Notes: a model not told the origin generated them from the letters alone. A stretch of DNA of 64,000 bases from Tagaea sp. (GCA_965279525.1 CBDIIB010000004.1:1120001-1184000), one strand, 5' to 3'. Positions 1-13,166 are shown, numbered from the stretch's first letter. A program made the numbers and translations.

Positions 1-297
1 GAGATCGAGGAATGCCTGCTCAAACACAAGGCCGTGGCGATGGCCGCCGTCATCGGCGTACCCGACGCGCTGCGCACCGAGGCGATCAAGGCCTTCGTCG
101 TGCTGAAGACCGGCACGCAAGGCGATGCGACGCTTGGCCGCGAGCTGCAGGACCATGTCCGCACGCGCCTTGCCGCGCACGAATATCCGCGCGAGATCGA
201 GTTCGTCGCCGAACTGCCGATGACTGCCACGGGAAAGATCGTGCGCCGCGAGCTGCGGCGGATGGAAATCGAGAAACGCGAAGGGAAAGCGCCATGA
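1..297 (+). CDS. Acyl-CoA synthetase / AMP-binding enzyme, C-terminal part (5'-truncated by window edge)
   Basis: Frame 1 is open from base 1: EIEECLLKHKAVAMAAVIGVPD...EAIKAFVVL...YPREIEFVAELPMTATGKIVRR, matching the ANL-family C-terminal domain with the catalytic Lys (TGK). Stop overlaps the next ATG (ATGA). Confidence 0.9.
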   Translation, partial: EIEECLLKHKAVAMAAVIGVPDALRTEAIKAFVVLKTGTQGDATLGRELQDHVRTRLAAHEYPREIEFVAELPMTATGKIVRRELRRMEIEKREGKAP

Positions 298-890
298 CGA
301 AGACGATCGACTATTTTTTCTCGGCCAACAGCCCGTGGACCTATCTGGGCCACGAGCGGTTCGTCGCGATCGCGCGCAAGGCGGGCGCCCATGTCAACGT
401 GAAGCCGGCCGATTTCGGCCGCGTCTTCGCCGCTTCAGGCGGCCTGCCGCTGGCCCAGCGCCCCAAGCAGCGCCAGGCCTACCGCATGATGGAGCTGAAG
501 CGCTGGCGCGATTTCCTGGGGATTCCCATCAACATCGAGCCGAAGCATTTCCGCGTGCCGACCGAACCCGCGTCGCGCCTCATCATCGCCGCCGACAAGA
601 AGGACCTCAACGCGCTGGCGCTGACCGGCTTCATCGGCAAGGCCGTGTGGGAAGAAGAGCGCGACATCTCCGACGCCGAGACGCTGAAGGCCATCGCCGC
701 CGAGCACGGACGCAACGCCAAGCTTCTGTGGGAAGCGGCTCAGAGCGACGCGACCAAGGCGACCTTCGACGCCTATACGCAGGAAGCCATCGACCGCCAG
801 GTCTTCGGCGCGCCCACCTATATCTACAAGGACGAACTCTTCTGGGGCCAGGACCGGCTCGACTTCCTCGAGCGCGCACTGGCGGGCTAG
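294..890 (+). CDS. 2-hydroxychromene-2-carboxylate isomerase / kappa-class GST (DsbA-like fold)
   Basis: MTKTIDYFFSANSPWTYLG (SPW catalytic Ser motif) and C-terminal VFGAPTY...ELFWGQDRL. ATG at 294 overlaps the upstream stop. Confidence 0.88.
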   Translation: MTKTIDYFFSANSPWTYLGHERFVAIARKAGAHVNVKPADFGRVFAASGGLPLAQRPKQRQAYRMMELKRWRDFLGIPINIEPKHFRVPTEPASRLIIAADKKDLNALALTGFIGKAVWEEERDISDAETLKAIAAEHGRNAKLLWEAAQSDATKATFDAYTQEAIDRQVFGAPTYIYKDELFWGQDRLDFLERALAG

Positions 891-1327
891 AGCAACCCCA
901 GAGCCCGCAGCTCCTCGGCCATCTGGGCGGGGAGCTTGGCCATCTCGGTCGCGGCTTTCGCGTCGAGGTCCTTGGGCGCGCTCGACGCCTCGAAATAGCG
1001 CCAGCCCTGGAAGGCGCGCATCGGCTTGGGATAGGTGCGCACGAGCTTGCGGTCGAGATGGATCTCGCAGGCGGGCTTGCCGGCCTTGTCCTTGCGGCTG
1101 ACGAAGCGGACGATCTTCTGGCGCACGCGGATCGTGCCCTTGATCACCCAGTAGAGCGAGCCCACACCCGCGATCTCGTCGCCCCGCTTGGGCGTGTTGC
1201 GCGTCACGTGCTTCAATTGCACGGTCTGGCCGCGCGCCTTCATGTCCTTGAGGCGCTTCTTCTGCCAGCCGGCGAGATCCTCGACCGAATCGCAGCCGAC
1301 GCAGAGCTTCACGATATGGAGTGTCAT
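887..1327 (-). CDS. DUF1489 family protein
   Basis: MTLHIVKLCVGCDSVEDL, HVTRNTPKR, GSLYWVIKG and RAFQGWRY are motifs typical of this alphaproteobacterial family. ATGA overlap with the upstream gene. Confidence 0.8.
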   Translation of the reverse strand: MTLHIVKLCVGCDSVEDLAGWQKKRLKDMKARGQTVQLKHVTRNTPKRGDEIAGVGSLYWVIKGTIRVRQKIVRFVSRKDKAGKPACEIHLDRKLVRTYPKPMRAFQGWRYFEASSAPKDLDAKAATEMAKLPAQMAEELRALGLL

Positions 1328-1815
1328 TCGCCCTTGGCCAGCGCCAGCGCCTTGTCGAGCATGCCGACGAGCTGGCGGCCGGTCTCGCCGCCGTCGCCCA
1401 CGACCTTCGCGTTGATCACGACCGCGATCGCGTCGGCGGCCGCCTTGACGATGATCAGGCTCTTGGCGTCGAGCATGTCGGTCGCGTCGAGATAGCGGCA
1501 CAGCTGGTCGCCGAAGCGCGTGACAAGCGGATAGCCGTAGGAGCCGCCCTGCCCGCGCAGCTCGTGCGCGATCATGTAGACTTCCTGGCGCTTCTTGAGG
1601 TCGTTGGGACTGGCGAGCAGCACGTTCGCCGCCTCGACGAGCTTGACCACGTCCCGCCCGGCGATCTCCTCGAACTCGCCGCGCAGCCCGTCGAAAACCT
1701 TCTCGGCCTTCTTGATTGCGTTCGCGTCGAAGCCGCCGTTCCCGACCTTCTTCTTCAGAAGGTTGGGCGGATTGATGACCTGGAAGCTGCGGCCGCTGCC
1801 CGAACTCTCACTCAT
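1324..1815 (-). CDS. Stand-alone Hpt (histidine phosphotransfer) domain protein
   Basis: Helical protein with IAHELRGQGGSYGYP (HxLxGxxGxxG Hpt motif) and N-terminal VINPPNLLKKKV. Start ATG placed at 1815. Confidence 0.75.
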   Translation of the reverse strand: MSESSGSGRSFQVINPPNLLKKKVGNGGFDANAIKKAEKVFDGLRGEFEEIAGRDVVKLVEAANVLLASPNDLKKRQEVYMIAHELRGQGGSYGYPLVTRFGDQLCRYLDATDMLDAKSLIIVKAAADAIAVVINAKVVGDGGETGRQLVGMLDKALALAKGE

Positions 1816-1841
1816 CCCGTTTCCGATTTCCCGCGGCAGCG

Positions 1842-2330
1842 CTAGACCTGCGTGCGCCGCTCGACCCCGACATAGATGCCACCGCGCTTGCGCCGGCGGC
1901 AAGGGCCGAAATAGCTCTTCGTCCGGATATACGGGCGCGGCCGGTCGACGATCTCCTCGATGCGCTGGGAAAGCGACTGTGCGCTGATGGGCTTGGCGAG
2001 AAACTCGGTCACGCCGATGTCGCGCGCCTTCATGACGCGCTCGCGCTCGGTGTGGCCGGTCACCATGATGATCGGCAGGAACGGGTTGGGCGAATCGGGC
2101 TCGGTGCGCACCTTGCGGATGAACTCGAGTCCGTTCACCGGATAGGTCTCCCAGTCGACGAGCGCGAAATCGACCGGGTTCTGCTTGATCGCCTGATAGG
2201 CGGCCGCCCCTTCCGAGCACTCGACGATCTCGCGCACGCCGATGGCGTCAAGCAGCCCCTTGAGCAGCTTGCGCATGTGCCCGTTGTCCTCGAGCACCAA
2301 GACCTTGATCTTCGATAGCTGGTAGGGCAT
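1842..2330 (-). CDS. Single-domain response regulator (CheY-like) with Arg-rich C-terminal extension, Cle-like
   Basis: Receiver residues: VLEDN, ALVDW (phospho-Asp), MVTG, FLAKP. Tail PRPYIRTKSYFGPCRRRKRGGIYVGVERR. Confidence 0.88.
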   Translation of the reverse strand: MPYQLSKIKVLVLEDNGHMRKLLKGLLDAIGVREIVECSEGAAAYQAIKQNPVDFALVDWETYPVNGLEFIRKVRTEPDSPNPFLPIIMVTGHTERERVMKARDIGVTEFLAKPISAQSLSQRIEEIVDRPRPYIRTKSYFGPCRRRKRGGIYVGVERRTQV

Positions 2331-2337
2331 CGCCGGC

Positions 2338-2367
2338 ACACTAGGCCCGCCGGCCCATCCTTGGCAA
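2338..2367 (-). promoter_or_regulatory. Putative sigma70 promoter giving a leaderless transcript for the response regulator
   Basis: Minus strand TTGCCA-N18-TAGTGT, then 7 nt to the ATG at 2330. No Shine-Dalgarno. Confidence 0.4.
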
Positions 2368-2384
2368 GCAAGCCATAAGTCTGC

Positions 2385-3296
2385 CTACTTATCGCCCGCC
2401 CGGGCGGCCAGGGCCTGGGCGACGCGGCTGGTCGGGGGCCGGCCGAGGGCTGCACAGATGAAGCGCCCGGCAGCCGCCAGCCCGTCCAGATCGACGCCGG
2501 TCTCGATCCCCATGCCGCCCAGCATGTAACGCACGTCCTCCGAGCCGACATTGCCCGACGCCCCCTTGGCATAGGGGCAGCCGCCGAGCCCGGCCACGGC
2601 GCTGTCCACCACGGCGACCCCGCGTTCAAGGCAGGCGAGGATGTTGGCCAGCGCCTGCCCGTAGGTATCGTGGAAATGGACGGCAAGCCGGTCGAGCGGC
2701 ACCCGCGCGGCGACCGCATCGAGCATCGCCTGTGCGCGCACCGGCGTGCCGGTGCCGATCGTGTCGCCCAGCGAGATCTCGTAGCAGCCCATCGCCAGGA
2801 GCTTGGCCGACACGTCGGCGACGGCGGCCGGTGCGATGTCGCCCTCGTAGGGACAACCGAGCACGCAGCTCACATAGCCGCGCACGCGCATGCCGTGCGT
2901 GCGCGCGGCCTCGGCCACGGGCGCGAAACGGTCGAGGCTTTCGGCGATCGAGCAGTTGATGTTGCGCTTCGAGAAGCTCTCCGACGCGGCACCGAAGATC
3001 GCGATCTCGTCCGCCTTCGCGGCGATGGCGCCTTCCAGACCTTTCAGGTTCGGCACGAGGACCGGATATGAGACGCCCGGCTTGCGCGCGATACCGGCCA
3101 TCACCTTGTCGGTGTCGGCCATCTGCGGGACCCATTTGGGCGAAACGAAACTTCCCGATTCCACGACCGTCAGGCCGCACGCGGCAAGCCGCTCGATGAG
3201 CTCGATCTTGGTGGCGAGATCGACCGGCGCCGGCTCGTTCTGCAGGCCGTCGCGCGGGCCGACCTCGACCATGCGCACGCGGGCGGGCAGGCGCAT
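2385..3296 (-). CDS. liuE: Hydroxymethylglutaryl-CoA lyase
   Basis: [23 protein letters not shown] and GLGGCPYA motifs. Alternative GTG start at 3305 overlapping the upstream stop. Confidence 0.95.
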   Translation of the reverse strand: MRLPARVRMVEVGPRDGLQNEPAPVDLATKIELIERLAACGLTVVESGSFVSPKWVPQMADTDKVMAGIARKPGVSYPVLVPNLKGLEGAIAAKADEIAIFGAASESFSKRNINCSIAESLDRFAPVAEAARTHGMRVRGYVSCVLGCPYEGDIAPAAVADVSAKLLAMGCYEISLGDTIGTGTPVRAQAMLDAVAARVPLDRLAVHFHDTYGQALANILACLERGVAVVDSAVAGLGGCPYAKGASGNVGSEDVRYMLGGMGIETGVDLDGLAAAGRFICAALGRPPTSRVAQALAARAGDK

Positions 3297-3301
3297 GGCG
3301 C

Positions 3302-5297
<1,996 letters not shown>

Positions 5298-5314
<17 letters not shown>

Positions 5315-6236
5315 CCTTGCCGCGCCGGCGCGCCTCGATCTCGCGCGAATAGCTCATGATTTCGGAGAACCCGACCAGCAGCAGCGTCACGCCGAAGATC
5401 ACCTCGACCAGGGCGATCAGCTTGACCGGCTCGCTGGCGGGCAGGATGTCGCCGTAGCCGACGGTCGACAGCGTGACCACCGAGAAGTAGATCGCGTCGG
5501 CGAAGGCCACGGCCCGGTCCTCGCCGAGGATCTTGAAGTGCGGCCCGGGCACGAACCGGTCGATGATCTTGTAGATCGACGCAAAGGCGACGACGATCAG
5601 CAGATAGAATGTCAGGAACGCGTAGACCGGCAGCACCAGCCGTTCGAGCCGTGCGAAGAATTCCTCGAACAGCAGGCCGGCATCGATGAGGAAGACCGCG
5701 ACGTTCTTGGCCGCCGCGAGCACGAGGATCGCGACCGCCAGCATCGCCAGCACGAACACCGCGTCGACCGCCCGACCGCCTGGATCGAAGATCGGGATCG
5801 CGAATGTCGCGGCACCCACGCAGGCCGTCGGGATCAGCCACCACGCCGAATGGCGCAGGTCGACCGCCGGCCGGACCAGCTGCTCGGTGACGATCGAACG
5901 GATGCCGTCGCGCCGGAAATAGGCGCCGACGATGAAGCCGGCGATCGGCAGCAGGAAGCCGGCATGCTGGGCGAGCGGCGACACGCCGGCGAAGTTCGAT
6001 TCCGAAACGAACACGAAGATCGACACGTACATCGCGATCGAGTTGGTGAGTGCGAGCGAGAAAAAGAGCGAACCCGGGAAGACCACGTTGAAGAAGGCGA
6101 CGGCCAGCAGGGCCGAGGCTACCATCGTCGTTGCCAGCGAAAAGCCGACATCGCCTGCGACCGCGAACGCGATCAGGAGCAGCAGCGTCGCCGTCGCCGA
6201 GATGCTTCCCGCGAGGCTTCCCTTGCGGACCTTCAC
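5298..6236 (-). CDS. Potassium channel family membrane protein (TVGYGD selectivity filter)
   Basis: Several hydrophobic helices followed by pore segment FADAIYFSVVTLSTVGYGDILP (filter at 5448-5465) and an inner helix. GTG start overlaps the liuC stop (GTGA). Confidence 0.85.
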
Positions 6237-7024
6237 GGCTTGCTCCCGCCGACCCAGGCCGGCCGGCGCTTTTCCAGGAACGCGGCGATCCCTTCGCGTC
6301 CCTCGGGCGAGACGCGGATGCGCGCGATGCGCGCGGCCGTGTCGTCGACCATCGCGTCGTCGATTGCGCCGCGCGACACGCGCGCGATCAGCGACTTGCA
6401 TTCGCGCTGCGCCTCGGGGCCTGCTGCAAGCAGGGGCACCAGAATCCTCTCGATTTCCGCATCGAGTGCTTCGGCAACCGCGTGCACGAGGCCAAGGCTC
6501 CGGGCGGTCGGCGCGTCGAACGTCTCGGCCGTCAGGAAATAGCGGCGCGCGGCGCGGGCACCCATCGCCGCCACGACATAGGGCGAGATCACCGCCGGAA
6601 TCAGCCCGAGCCTGGCTTCCGACAGGCAGAAGACCGCCGTCTCGCCCGCGACCGCGATGTCGCAGCACGCGACGAGCCCCACCCCGCCGCCATAGGCGGC
6701 GCCATGGACGCGCGCGAGCGTGGGCTTGGGGAAGGTGTCGAGCACGCGCATCAGGCCGGCGAGCGCGTCGGCATCGCGCCGGTTTTCGGCCTCGGAATAA
6801 CCGGCCATGCGCTTCATCCAGTTGAGATCGGCGCCGGCCGAGAAGCTCTTGCCGCGGCCGCCGAGCACGAGGATGCGCACCGACCGGTCGGCGGCAAGCC
6901 GGCCGAGTTCGGCCGTCAGTGCGGCGATCAGCGCGTCGTCAAACGCGTTGTGCAGTTCCGGCCGGTCGAGCCAGAGCGTGGCCACGCCGCGCGCGTCGAG
7001 ATCGGTGTGGAAGCCTGCCGCCAT
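6233..7024 (-). CDS. liuC: Enoyl-CoA hydratase, probable methylglutaconyl-CoA hydratase
   Basis: RPELHNAFDD, FSAGADLNWMK, AYGGGVGLVACCD and LSEARLGLIPAVISPYV. Lies between the MCC subunits. Confidence 0.88.
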   Translation of the reverse strand: MAAGFHTDLDARGVATLWLDRPELHNAFDDALIAALTAELGRLAADRSVRILVLGGRGKSFSAGADLNWMKRMAGYSEAENRRDADALAGLMRVLDTFPKPTLARVHGAAYGGGVGLVACCDIAVAGETAVFCLSEARLGLIPAVISPYVVAAMGARAARRYFLTAETFDAPTARSLGLVHAVAEALDAEIERILVPLLAAGPEAQRECKSLIARVSRGAIDDAMVDDTAARIARIRVSPEGREGIAAFLEKRRPAWVGGSKP

Positions 7025-7029
7025 CGCGC

Positions 7030-8637
7030 TCACATCCGGAACACGCCGAAGCGCGTGGGTTCGAGCGGCGCATTGGCCGAGACCGAGAGGCCGAGGCCGA
7101 GCACGGTGCGCGTCTCCGCTGGATCGATGATGCCGTCGTCCCACAGCCGGGCCGAGGCGTAGTAAGGATGGCCTTGTGTCTCGTACTGGCTGCGGATCGG
7201 CGCCTTGAACGCGTCCTCGTCGGCGGGGCTCCATGTCTTGCCGGCCGCTTCCAGATTGTCGCGCCGCACCGTCGCCAGTACCGAAGCCGCCTGTTCCCCA
7301 CCCATCACCGAGATGCGCGCGTTGGGCCACATCCACAGGAAGCGCGGGCCGAACGCGCGCCCGCACATGCCGTAGTTGCCCGCCCCGAACGAACCGCCGA
7401 CGATCACGGTGAATTTGGGCACGCGAGCACAACTGACCGCCGTGACGAGCTTGGCGCCGTCGCGTGCGATACCGCCCGCCTCGTACTTCTTGCCGACCAT
7501 GAAGCCGGAGATGTTCTGCAGGAACACGAGCGGGATGCCGCGCTGGCAGCACAGCTCGATGAAATGGGCGCCCTTCAGCGAGCTTTCCGAGAACAGGATG
7601 CCGTTGTTGGCGATGATGCCGACCGGATAGCCCCAGATGCGCGCGAAGCCGCACACCAGCGTCGTGCCGTAGAGCGCCTTGAACTCGTCGAAGCGCGAGC
7701 CGTCGACGGTGCGCGCGATGATCTCGCGCACGTCGTAGGGCTGGCGCAGGTCGGGCGGCACGACGCCGTAGATCTCGGCCGGATCGTAGGCAGGTTCCAC
7801 GGGTGCCTGCAGGTCGGGCCACGAGGGCTTGCGCGCGTTGAGATTGCCGACGATCCGGCGCGCGATGCCGAGCGCATGCGCGTCGTTCTGCGCGTAGTGG
7901 TCGACCACGCCCGAGACGCGGGCGTGCACGTCGGCCCCGCCCAGCTCCTCGGCCGTCACGATCTCGCCGATGGCCGCCTTCACCAGCGGCGGACCGCCGA
8001 GGAAGATCGTGCCCTGGTTCCGGACGATGATCGATTCGTCCGACATCGCCGGCACGTAGGCGCCGCCCGCCGTGCAGCTTCCCATCACGACGGCGATCTG
8101 CGGGATGCCCGCGGCCGACAGGGTCGCCTGGTTGTAGAAGATGCGCCCGAAATGCTCGCGGTCGGGAAAGACGTCGTCCTGGTTGGGCAGGTTGGCGCCG
8201 CCGGAATCGACCAGATAGATGCACGGCAGCCGGTTCTCGCGCGCGATCTCCTGTGCCCGCAGGTGCTTCTTCACCGTCATCGGGAAATAGGTACCGCCCT
8301 TGACCGTCGCGTCGTTGCACACGATCACGCATTCGCGACCCGCGACGCGGCCGATCCCGGTGACGATGCCGGCCGCCGCCACGTCGCCGCCGTACATGCC
8401 CCACGCGGCAAGCTGCGAAAGCTCGAGGAAGGGTGCCCCCGGATCGAGCAGCGTGCGGATGCGCTCGCGCGGCAAAAGCTTGCCGCGACCCACATGCTTG
8501 TCGCGCGCCGCCGCCCCGCCGCCTTCGCGCACCTTGTCGCAGGCCGTGCGCAGGTCGGCGACGGCGGCACGCATGGCGCTTTCGTTGGACCGGAAGGTCT
8601 CGCTGCGCGTGTCGATGCGGGAAACGAGTGCGGTCAT
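7030..8637 (-). CDS. liuB: 3-methylcrotonyl-CoA carboxylase beta (carboxyltransferase) subunit
   Basis: [51 protein letters not shown] and terminal FGVFRM. Confidence 0.95.
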   Translation of the reverse strand: MTALVSRIDTRSETFRSNESAMRAAVADLRTACDKVREGGGAAARDKHVGRGKLLPRERIRTLLDPGAPFLELSQLAAWGMYGGDVAAAGIVTGIGRVAGRECVIVCNDATVKGGTYFPMTVKKHLRAQEIARENRLPCIYLVDSGGANLPNQDDVFPDREHFGRIFYNQATLSAAGIPQIAVVMGSCTAGGAYVPAMSDESIIVRNQGTIFLGGPPLVKAAIGEIVTAEELGGADVHARVSGVVDHYAQNDAHALGIARRIVGNLNARKPSWPDLQAPVEPAYDPAEIYGVVPPDLRQPYDVREIIARTVDGSRFDEFKALYGTTLVCGFARIWGYPVGIIANNGILFSESSLKGAHFIELCCQRGIPLVFLQNISGFMVGKKYEAGGIARDGAKLVTAVSCARVPKFTVIVGGSFGAGNYGMCGRAFGPRFLWMWPNARISVMGGEQAASVLATVRRDNLEAAGKTWSPADEDAFKAPIRSQYETQGHPYYASARLWDDGIIDPAETRTVLGLGLSVSANAPLEPTRFGVFRM

Positions 8638-8638
8638 C

Positions 8639-9241
8639 TCACCAGCCGCCCGTCACGAGCCATTCCTCGATCTGCGCCAGACGGTCGGCCCCCCAGAACG
8701 GCTCGCCATCGACGACGATATAGGGCGAGCCGAACACGCCCTTGGCGACCGCCGCCTCGACTTCCTTGCGCAGCGTCTCCTTGACCTCCGCAGAAGCAAG
8801 GGCCGCTTTCAGCTCGTCGCGCGGCACGCCCATCCCGGCGGCGAGATCGCACACGAAATCGATGCCGGTCACGTCGACGCCCGCGATGAAAGCCTGGCGG
8901 AACACCGCCTTGGCGAAGCGCTTGGCAAGGGCGGGATCGCGCGCGTCGAGCCAGTAGAAGGCGCGCGAGGCGGCGACGGCGCCGAACGGGAACGGATCGG
9001 GCAGGCGGAACTTCAGGTTCAGCAGGCGCCCGAAGCGGACAAAGTCGTGCCGAGAATAGTCGCTCTTGAGCGGGATCTCCATCAGCGGCTTCTGGCCGGA
9101 GACCTTGAAGGCGGCCCCGAGCAGGATGGGGTGCCACTTCACCACCCGGCCGTAATGCCCGGCAAGATCGTCGATTCGGGTCGACGCGAAGAACCCGTAG
9201 GGGCTGGAGAAGTCGAAATAGAAATCGATCGGACCGGCCAT
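8639..9241 (-). CDS. 2-hydroxychromene-2-carboxylate isomerase / kappa-class GST (second copy)
   Basis: [12 protein letters not shown] and [21 protein letters not shown]. Confidence 0.88.
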   Translation of the reverse strand: MAGPIDFYFDFSSPYGFFASTRIDDLAGHYGRVVKWHPILLGAAFKVSGQKPLMEIPLKSDYSRHDFVRFGRLLNLKFRLPDPFPFGAVAASRAFYWLDARDPALAKRFAKAVFRQAFIAGVDVTGIDFVCDLAAGMGVPRDELKAALASAEVKETLRKEVEAAVAKGVFGSPYIVVDGEPFWGADRLAQIEEWLVTGGW

Positions 9242-9244
9242 CGC

Positions 9245-10384
9245 CTAAACCTCCGCCTTCAGTGCCCGCGCGATGACGAGCCGCTGGATGTCGCTGGTCC
9301 CTTCGTAGATCTGGCAGACGCGCACGTCGCGCCAGATCCGCTCAACCGGATAGTCGGCAAGATAGCCGTAGCCGCCATGCGTCTGGATCGCGGCCGAGCA
9401 GACGCGCTCGGCCATCTCGGAGGCGAACAGCTTGGCCATCGCGGCCTCCTTCAGGCACGGCAGGCCACGGTCGCGCAGGCTCGCCGCGTTGACGACCAGC
9501 AGCCTTGCCGCCTCGATCTCCATCGCCATGTCGGCAAGGCGGAACTGGACGGCCTGATGATCGAAGATCTTCTTGCCGAACGTCTCGCGCTGCAGCGCGT
9601 ATTCGAGCGCCACCTGATAGGCTGAGCGCGCCATGCCGACCGCCTGGGCGGCAATGCCGATGCGCCCGCCTTCGAGATTGGCGAGCGCGATCTTCAGCCC
9701 CTCGCCTTCCGCACCCAGCATCAGGTCGGGCGTGAGGCGCATGTCTTCCATGACGATCTGTGCGGTGTCGGAGCATTTCTGCCCGAGCTTTTCTTCCAGC
9801 CGCGCGACCTTCCAGCCGGCCGTGGCGGTCGGCACGACGAAAGCAGAGATGCCCTTCTTGCCGGCGGCGGGATCGGTGACCGCGAAGACGATCGCCACGT
9901 CGGCGGTCCCGCCCGACGTGATGAACTGCTTGGTGCCGTCGAGGACCCAGTGGTTGCCGTCGCGCCGGGCGCGCGTCTTGATCGCGGCGGCATCCGATCC
10001 CGTCGACGGCTCGGTCAGCGCGAAAGCCCCCAGCATCTCGCCCCTGGCAAGCGGGCGAAGGTACGTCTCCTTCTGCCAGTCGGTGCCGAACTTCAGGATC
10101 GGCATGCAACCGACCGAATTGTGCACGCTCATCACCGTCGAGGCGGCCCCGTCGCCGGCCGCGATCTCCTCGATGGCGAGCGCGTAGGCGACATGATCCA
10201 CGCCGGCCCCGTCGAACACCTCTGGCACCAGCATGCCCATGAAACCAAGCTCGCCCATCTCGCGCACGAGTTCGCGCGGGAACTTGCGTTCTTTTTCGCG
10301 CGCGGCAGCGGTCGGCCACAGGCGCTCGCGCGCATAGGCACGCGCGGCATCGCGGATCATCGTCTGGGTTTCGGTGAGTTCCAT
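9245..10384 (-). CDS. Acyl-CoA dehydrogenase (short/branched-chain type)
   Basis: [29 protein letters not shown] and [12 protein letters not shown]. Confidence 0.93.
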   Translation of the reverse strand: MELTETQTMIRDAARAYARERLWPTAAAREKERKFPRELVREMGELGFMGMLVPEVFDGAGVDHVAYALAIEEIAAGDGAASTVMSVHNSVGCMPILKFGTDWQKETYLRPLARGEMLGAFALTEPSTGSDAAAIKTRARRDGNHWVLDGTKQFITSGGTADVAIVFAVTDPAAGKKGISAFVVPTATAGWKVARLEEKLGQKCSDTAQIVMEDMRLTPDLMLGAEGEGLKIALANLEGGRIGIAAQAVGMARSAYQVALEYALQRETFGKKIFDHQAVQFRLADMAMEIEAARLLVVNAASLRDRGLPCLKEAAMAKLFASEMAERVCSAAIQTHGGYGYLADYPVERIWRDVRVCQIYEGTSDIQRLVIARALKAEV

Positions 10385-10392
10385 CGCGGTAC

Positions 10393-11067
10393 CTACCAGG
10401 GAAGTTCGGAGCCGTCGTAGTTGAAGAACTTGCCGTTGTCGGAAGGCTTGAGGCCCTCGATCACCTTGCGAAGGCCGGCGATCGATTCAGCCGGGTCGAT
10501 CGCGGCGGACGCCCCGCCCATGTCGGTGCGCACCCAGCCCGGATGCGTGCAGACCGTCGTGATGCCGCGTGGCGCCAGCTCGATCGACAGGTTCTTCGCG
10601 ACCGAGTTGAGGGCCGCCTTCGAGACGCGATAGGGCATGCTGCCGCCCGAGGACTGCGCGTTGGAGCCCATACGCGAGGACATCAGCACGATCTTCTTCT
10701 GCGCGCCGCGCGCGACCGGCTCGACCAGCGCTTCGACGACGCGCAACGGGGCCAGCGTGTTGGTGCGCAGGATCTGCTCGAAATCCGCGTAGTCCGTCCC
10801 GCCGAGCTTCCAGTCGCGCCCGGAATAGATCCCGGCATTGCAGACCAGCACGTCGATGCTGTCCTTCGCGAGCCGGGCGCCGAGCCTTTCGACCGACGCG
10901 GGATCGGTCACGTCGCATAGGTACACTTCGCCGCCGGCCTTCGAGACGTCGGCGCCCCGGGCCATGTCGCGCACCGTGCCGATGGCACGCCAGCCTGCGG
11001 CCGAAAACTGACGGACGAATTCCAGACCCAGCCCGCGCGAAGCGCCCACCACCAGTACCGTCGGCAT
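10393..11067 (-). CDS. Short-chain dehydrogenase/reductase (CsgA/C-factor-like subgroup)
   Basis: [22 protein letters not shown] and [11 protein letters not shown]. Confidence 0.9.
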   Translation of the reverse strand: MPTVLVVGASRGLGLEFVRQFSAAGWRAIGTVRDMARGADVSKAGGEVYLCDVTDPASVERLGARLAKDSIDVLVCNAGIYSGRDWKLGGTDYADFEQILRTNTLAPLRVVEALVEPVARGAQKKIVLMSSRMGSNAQSSGGSMPYRVSKAALNSVAKNLSIELAPRGITTVCTHPGWVRTDMGGASAAIDPAESIAGLRKVIEGLKPSDNGKFFNYDGSELPW

Positions 11068-11068
11068 G

Positions 11069-11458
11069 TCAGCGCTTCCTCTTGCTGGCGGTAACCTCGA
11101 TCTCGATCTTCATGCGGGCATCGACGAAGCCTGTGACCAGCGTCGTGTTCGCCGGGCGGATTTTCGCGAAGTGCTTTCCCACGATGGGGGCGACCGTCGC
11201 GAAATCCGCACGTTTGGCGAGAAAGATGCGCACGCGCACCACGTCGGCAAGGGTCGATCCCGCCTTGTCGAGGGCGGCCTTGATGTTGGCGAAGCACTGC
11301 TCGGTCTGGGCGGCCACGCCGCGCGCGATCGCCATCTTCGAATAGTCGAAGCCGGTCGTGCCCGAAACGAACACCCAGTCGCCGTCCACGACGGCGCGCG
11401 AATAGCCCGCGAGCTTCTCGAAGCTGGACCCGGAGGAGATCAGTCTGCGGCCTGCCAT
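11069..11458 (-). CDS. RidA/YjgF family protein
   Basis: ISSGSSFEKLAGYSRAVVDGDWVFVSGTTG, RPANT and KIEIEVTA. Confidence 0.9.
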   Translation of the reverse strand: MAGRRLISSGSSFEKLAGYSRAVVDGDWVFVSGTTGFDYSKMAIARGVAAQTEQCFANIKAALDKAGSTLADVVRVRIFLAKRADFATVAPIVGKHFAKIRPANTTLVTGFVDARMKIEIEVTASKRKR

Positions 11459-11495
11459 GCGTTCTCCTGGAAATCGTTCGCAGTCTAGCCCGGAA

Positions 11496-12668
11496 TCACG
11501 TCGTTTCGGCAAACAGCTCGCGCCCGATCAGCCAGCGCCTTATCTCCGACGTTCCGGCCCCGATCTCGTAGAGCTTGGCGTCGCGCAGCAGCCGGCCGGT
11601 GGGGTAATCGTTGATGTAGCCGTTGCCGCCGAGGAGCTGGATCGCGTCCAGCGCCACCTGGGTCGCCTTTTCGGCGGCATAGAGGATGGCGCCGGCGGCG
11701 TCCTTGCGGGTCGTGCGGCCGGCATCGCAGGCCTTGGCCACCGCATAGACGTAGCTCTTGCAGGCATTCGTCGTCGTGTACATGTCGGCGAGCTTGCCTT
11801 GCACGAGCTGGAATTCGCCGATCGCCTGGCCGAACTGCTTGCGCTCGTGCACATACGGCACGACCACGTCGAGGGCCGCCTGCATGATTCCGCAAGGGCC
11901 GGCCGCGAGGACCGCGCGCTCGTAGTCGAGCCCGCTCATCAGCACGTTGACGCCTTTGCCGATGTTGCCCAGCACGTTTTCGGCCGGCACTTCGCAATCC
12001 TGGAAGACGAGCTCGCAGGTGTTCGAGCCGCGCATGCCGAGCTTGTCGAGCTTCTGTGCGCGCGAGAAACCCTTCATCCCTTTTTCGATGAGGAAAGCCG
12101 TGATGCCCTTCGAGCCCGCCGACGGATCGGTCTTGGCGTAGACGACGAGCGTATCGGCGTCTGGCCCGTTGGTGATCCACATCTTGTTGCCGTTGAGGAC
12201 GTAGCGCTCGCCCTTCTTCTCGGCGCGCAGCTTCATGCCGACGACGTCGGACCCCGCCCCCGGCTCCGACATGGCGAGAGCACCCACATGCTCGCCGGAA
12301 ATGAGCTTGGGCAGGTATTTGCGCTTCTGCGCCTCGTTGCCGTTGCGCGCGATCTGGTTGACGCACAGGTTCGAGTGGGCGCCGTAGGAAAGCCCGACCG
12401 AGGCGGACGCGCGGCTGATCTCCTCGACCGCCACGCAATGCGCGAGATAGCCCATCGCCGCACCGCCATACTGCTCGGAAACCGTGATGCCGAGCAGGCC
12501 CAGATCGCCGAACTTGCGCCACAGGTCGGCCGGGAACTCGTTGGAGCGGTCGATGTCGGCGGCACGCGGTGCGATCTCGTCGGCGGCGAAGCGGGCCACC
12601 TGCGTGCGCAGCATGTCGATGTCGTCGCCAAGTCCGAAATCGAACTGGGGCAGCGCGTTGCCGGCCAT
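11496..12668 (-). CDS. ivd: Isovaleryl-CoA dehydrogenase
   Basis: [34 protein letters not shown] and [14 protein letters not shown]. Confidence 0.95.
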   Translation of the reverse strand: MAGNALPQFDFGLGDDIDMLRTQVARFAADEIAPRAADIDRSNEFPADLWRKFGDLGLLGITVSEQYGGAAMGYLAHCVAVEEISRASASVGLSYGAHSNLCVNQIARNGNEAQKRKYLPKLISGEHVGALAMSEPGAGSDVVGMKLRAEKKGERYVLNGNKMWITNGPDADTLVVYAKTDPSAGSKGITAFLIEKGMKGFSRAQKLDKLGMRGSNTCELVFQDCEVPAENVLGNIGKGVNVLMSGLDYERAVLAAGPCGIMQAALDVVVPYVHERKQFGQAIGEFQLVQGKLADMYTTTNACKSYVYAVAKACDAGRTTRKDAAGAILYAAEKATQVALDAIQLLGGNGYINDYPTGRLLRDAKLYEIGAGTSEIRRWLIGRELFAETT

Positions 12669-12686
12669 CGTTTCCTCCCTGTTGGG

Positions 12687-13145
12687 TTACGCCCGTCCGT
12701 CGGACTTGCCCGCCATCACCATCAGCGTCTGCAGCATCGTGGCACACAGCTTCGTCTGGCCGTTCTTGTGCGCGAACACGTCGACTTGCGCCACCACGAG
12801 CGTGCGGCCGGGTTTCAGCACCCGGCCTTTGGCAAGGATCGTCTGCCCGTCGGCGGGGGCAAGCAAGTTCATCTTGTATTCGACCGTCAGCACGCTGGCA
12901 CCCGCCGGCATCATCGAGAAGCCGGCATAGCCGCCGGCCGAATCCGCGATCATGCCGACCACCCCGCCATGCACGTAGCCGTGCTGCTGGGCGATGGCTT
13001 CGGCGTGGTCGACGGCAATATGCGCGTGGCCGGGTTCGAGATGGACGATGCGTGCGCCGATCGTCGCCATGGCGCCCTGTCGCGCGAAACTGTCGCGCAC
13101 CTTGGCGTCCCAATCGGGATCGGCCGGCGTGAAGGTGGCTTGCAT
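12687..13145 (-). CDS. PaaI-family hotdog-fold acyl-CoA thioesterase
   Basis: QQHGYVHGGVVGMIADSAGGYA and VLTVEYKMNLLAPA. SD-like GAGGGGAGGGG upstream. Confidence 0.9.
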   Translation of the reverse strand: MQATFTPADPDWDAKVRDSFARQGAMATIGARIVHLEPGHAHIAVDHAEAIAQQHGYVHGGVVGMIADSAGGYAGFSMMPAGASVLTVEYKMNLLAPADGQTILAKGRVLKPGRTLVVAQVDVFAHKNGQTKLCATMLQTLMVMAGKSDGRA

Positions 13146-13166
13146 CGGGCTTCCCCTCCCCTCGAA

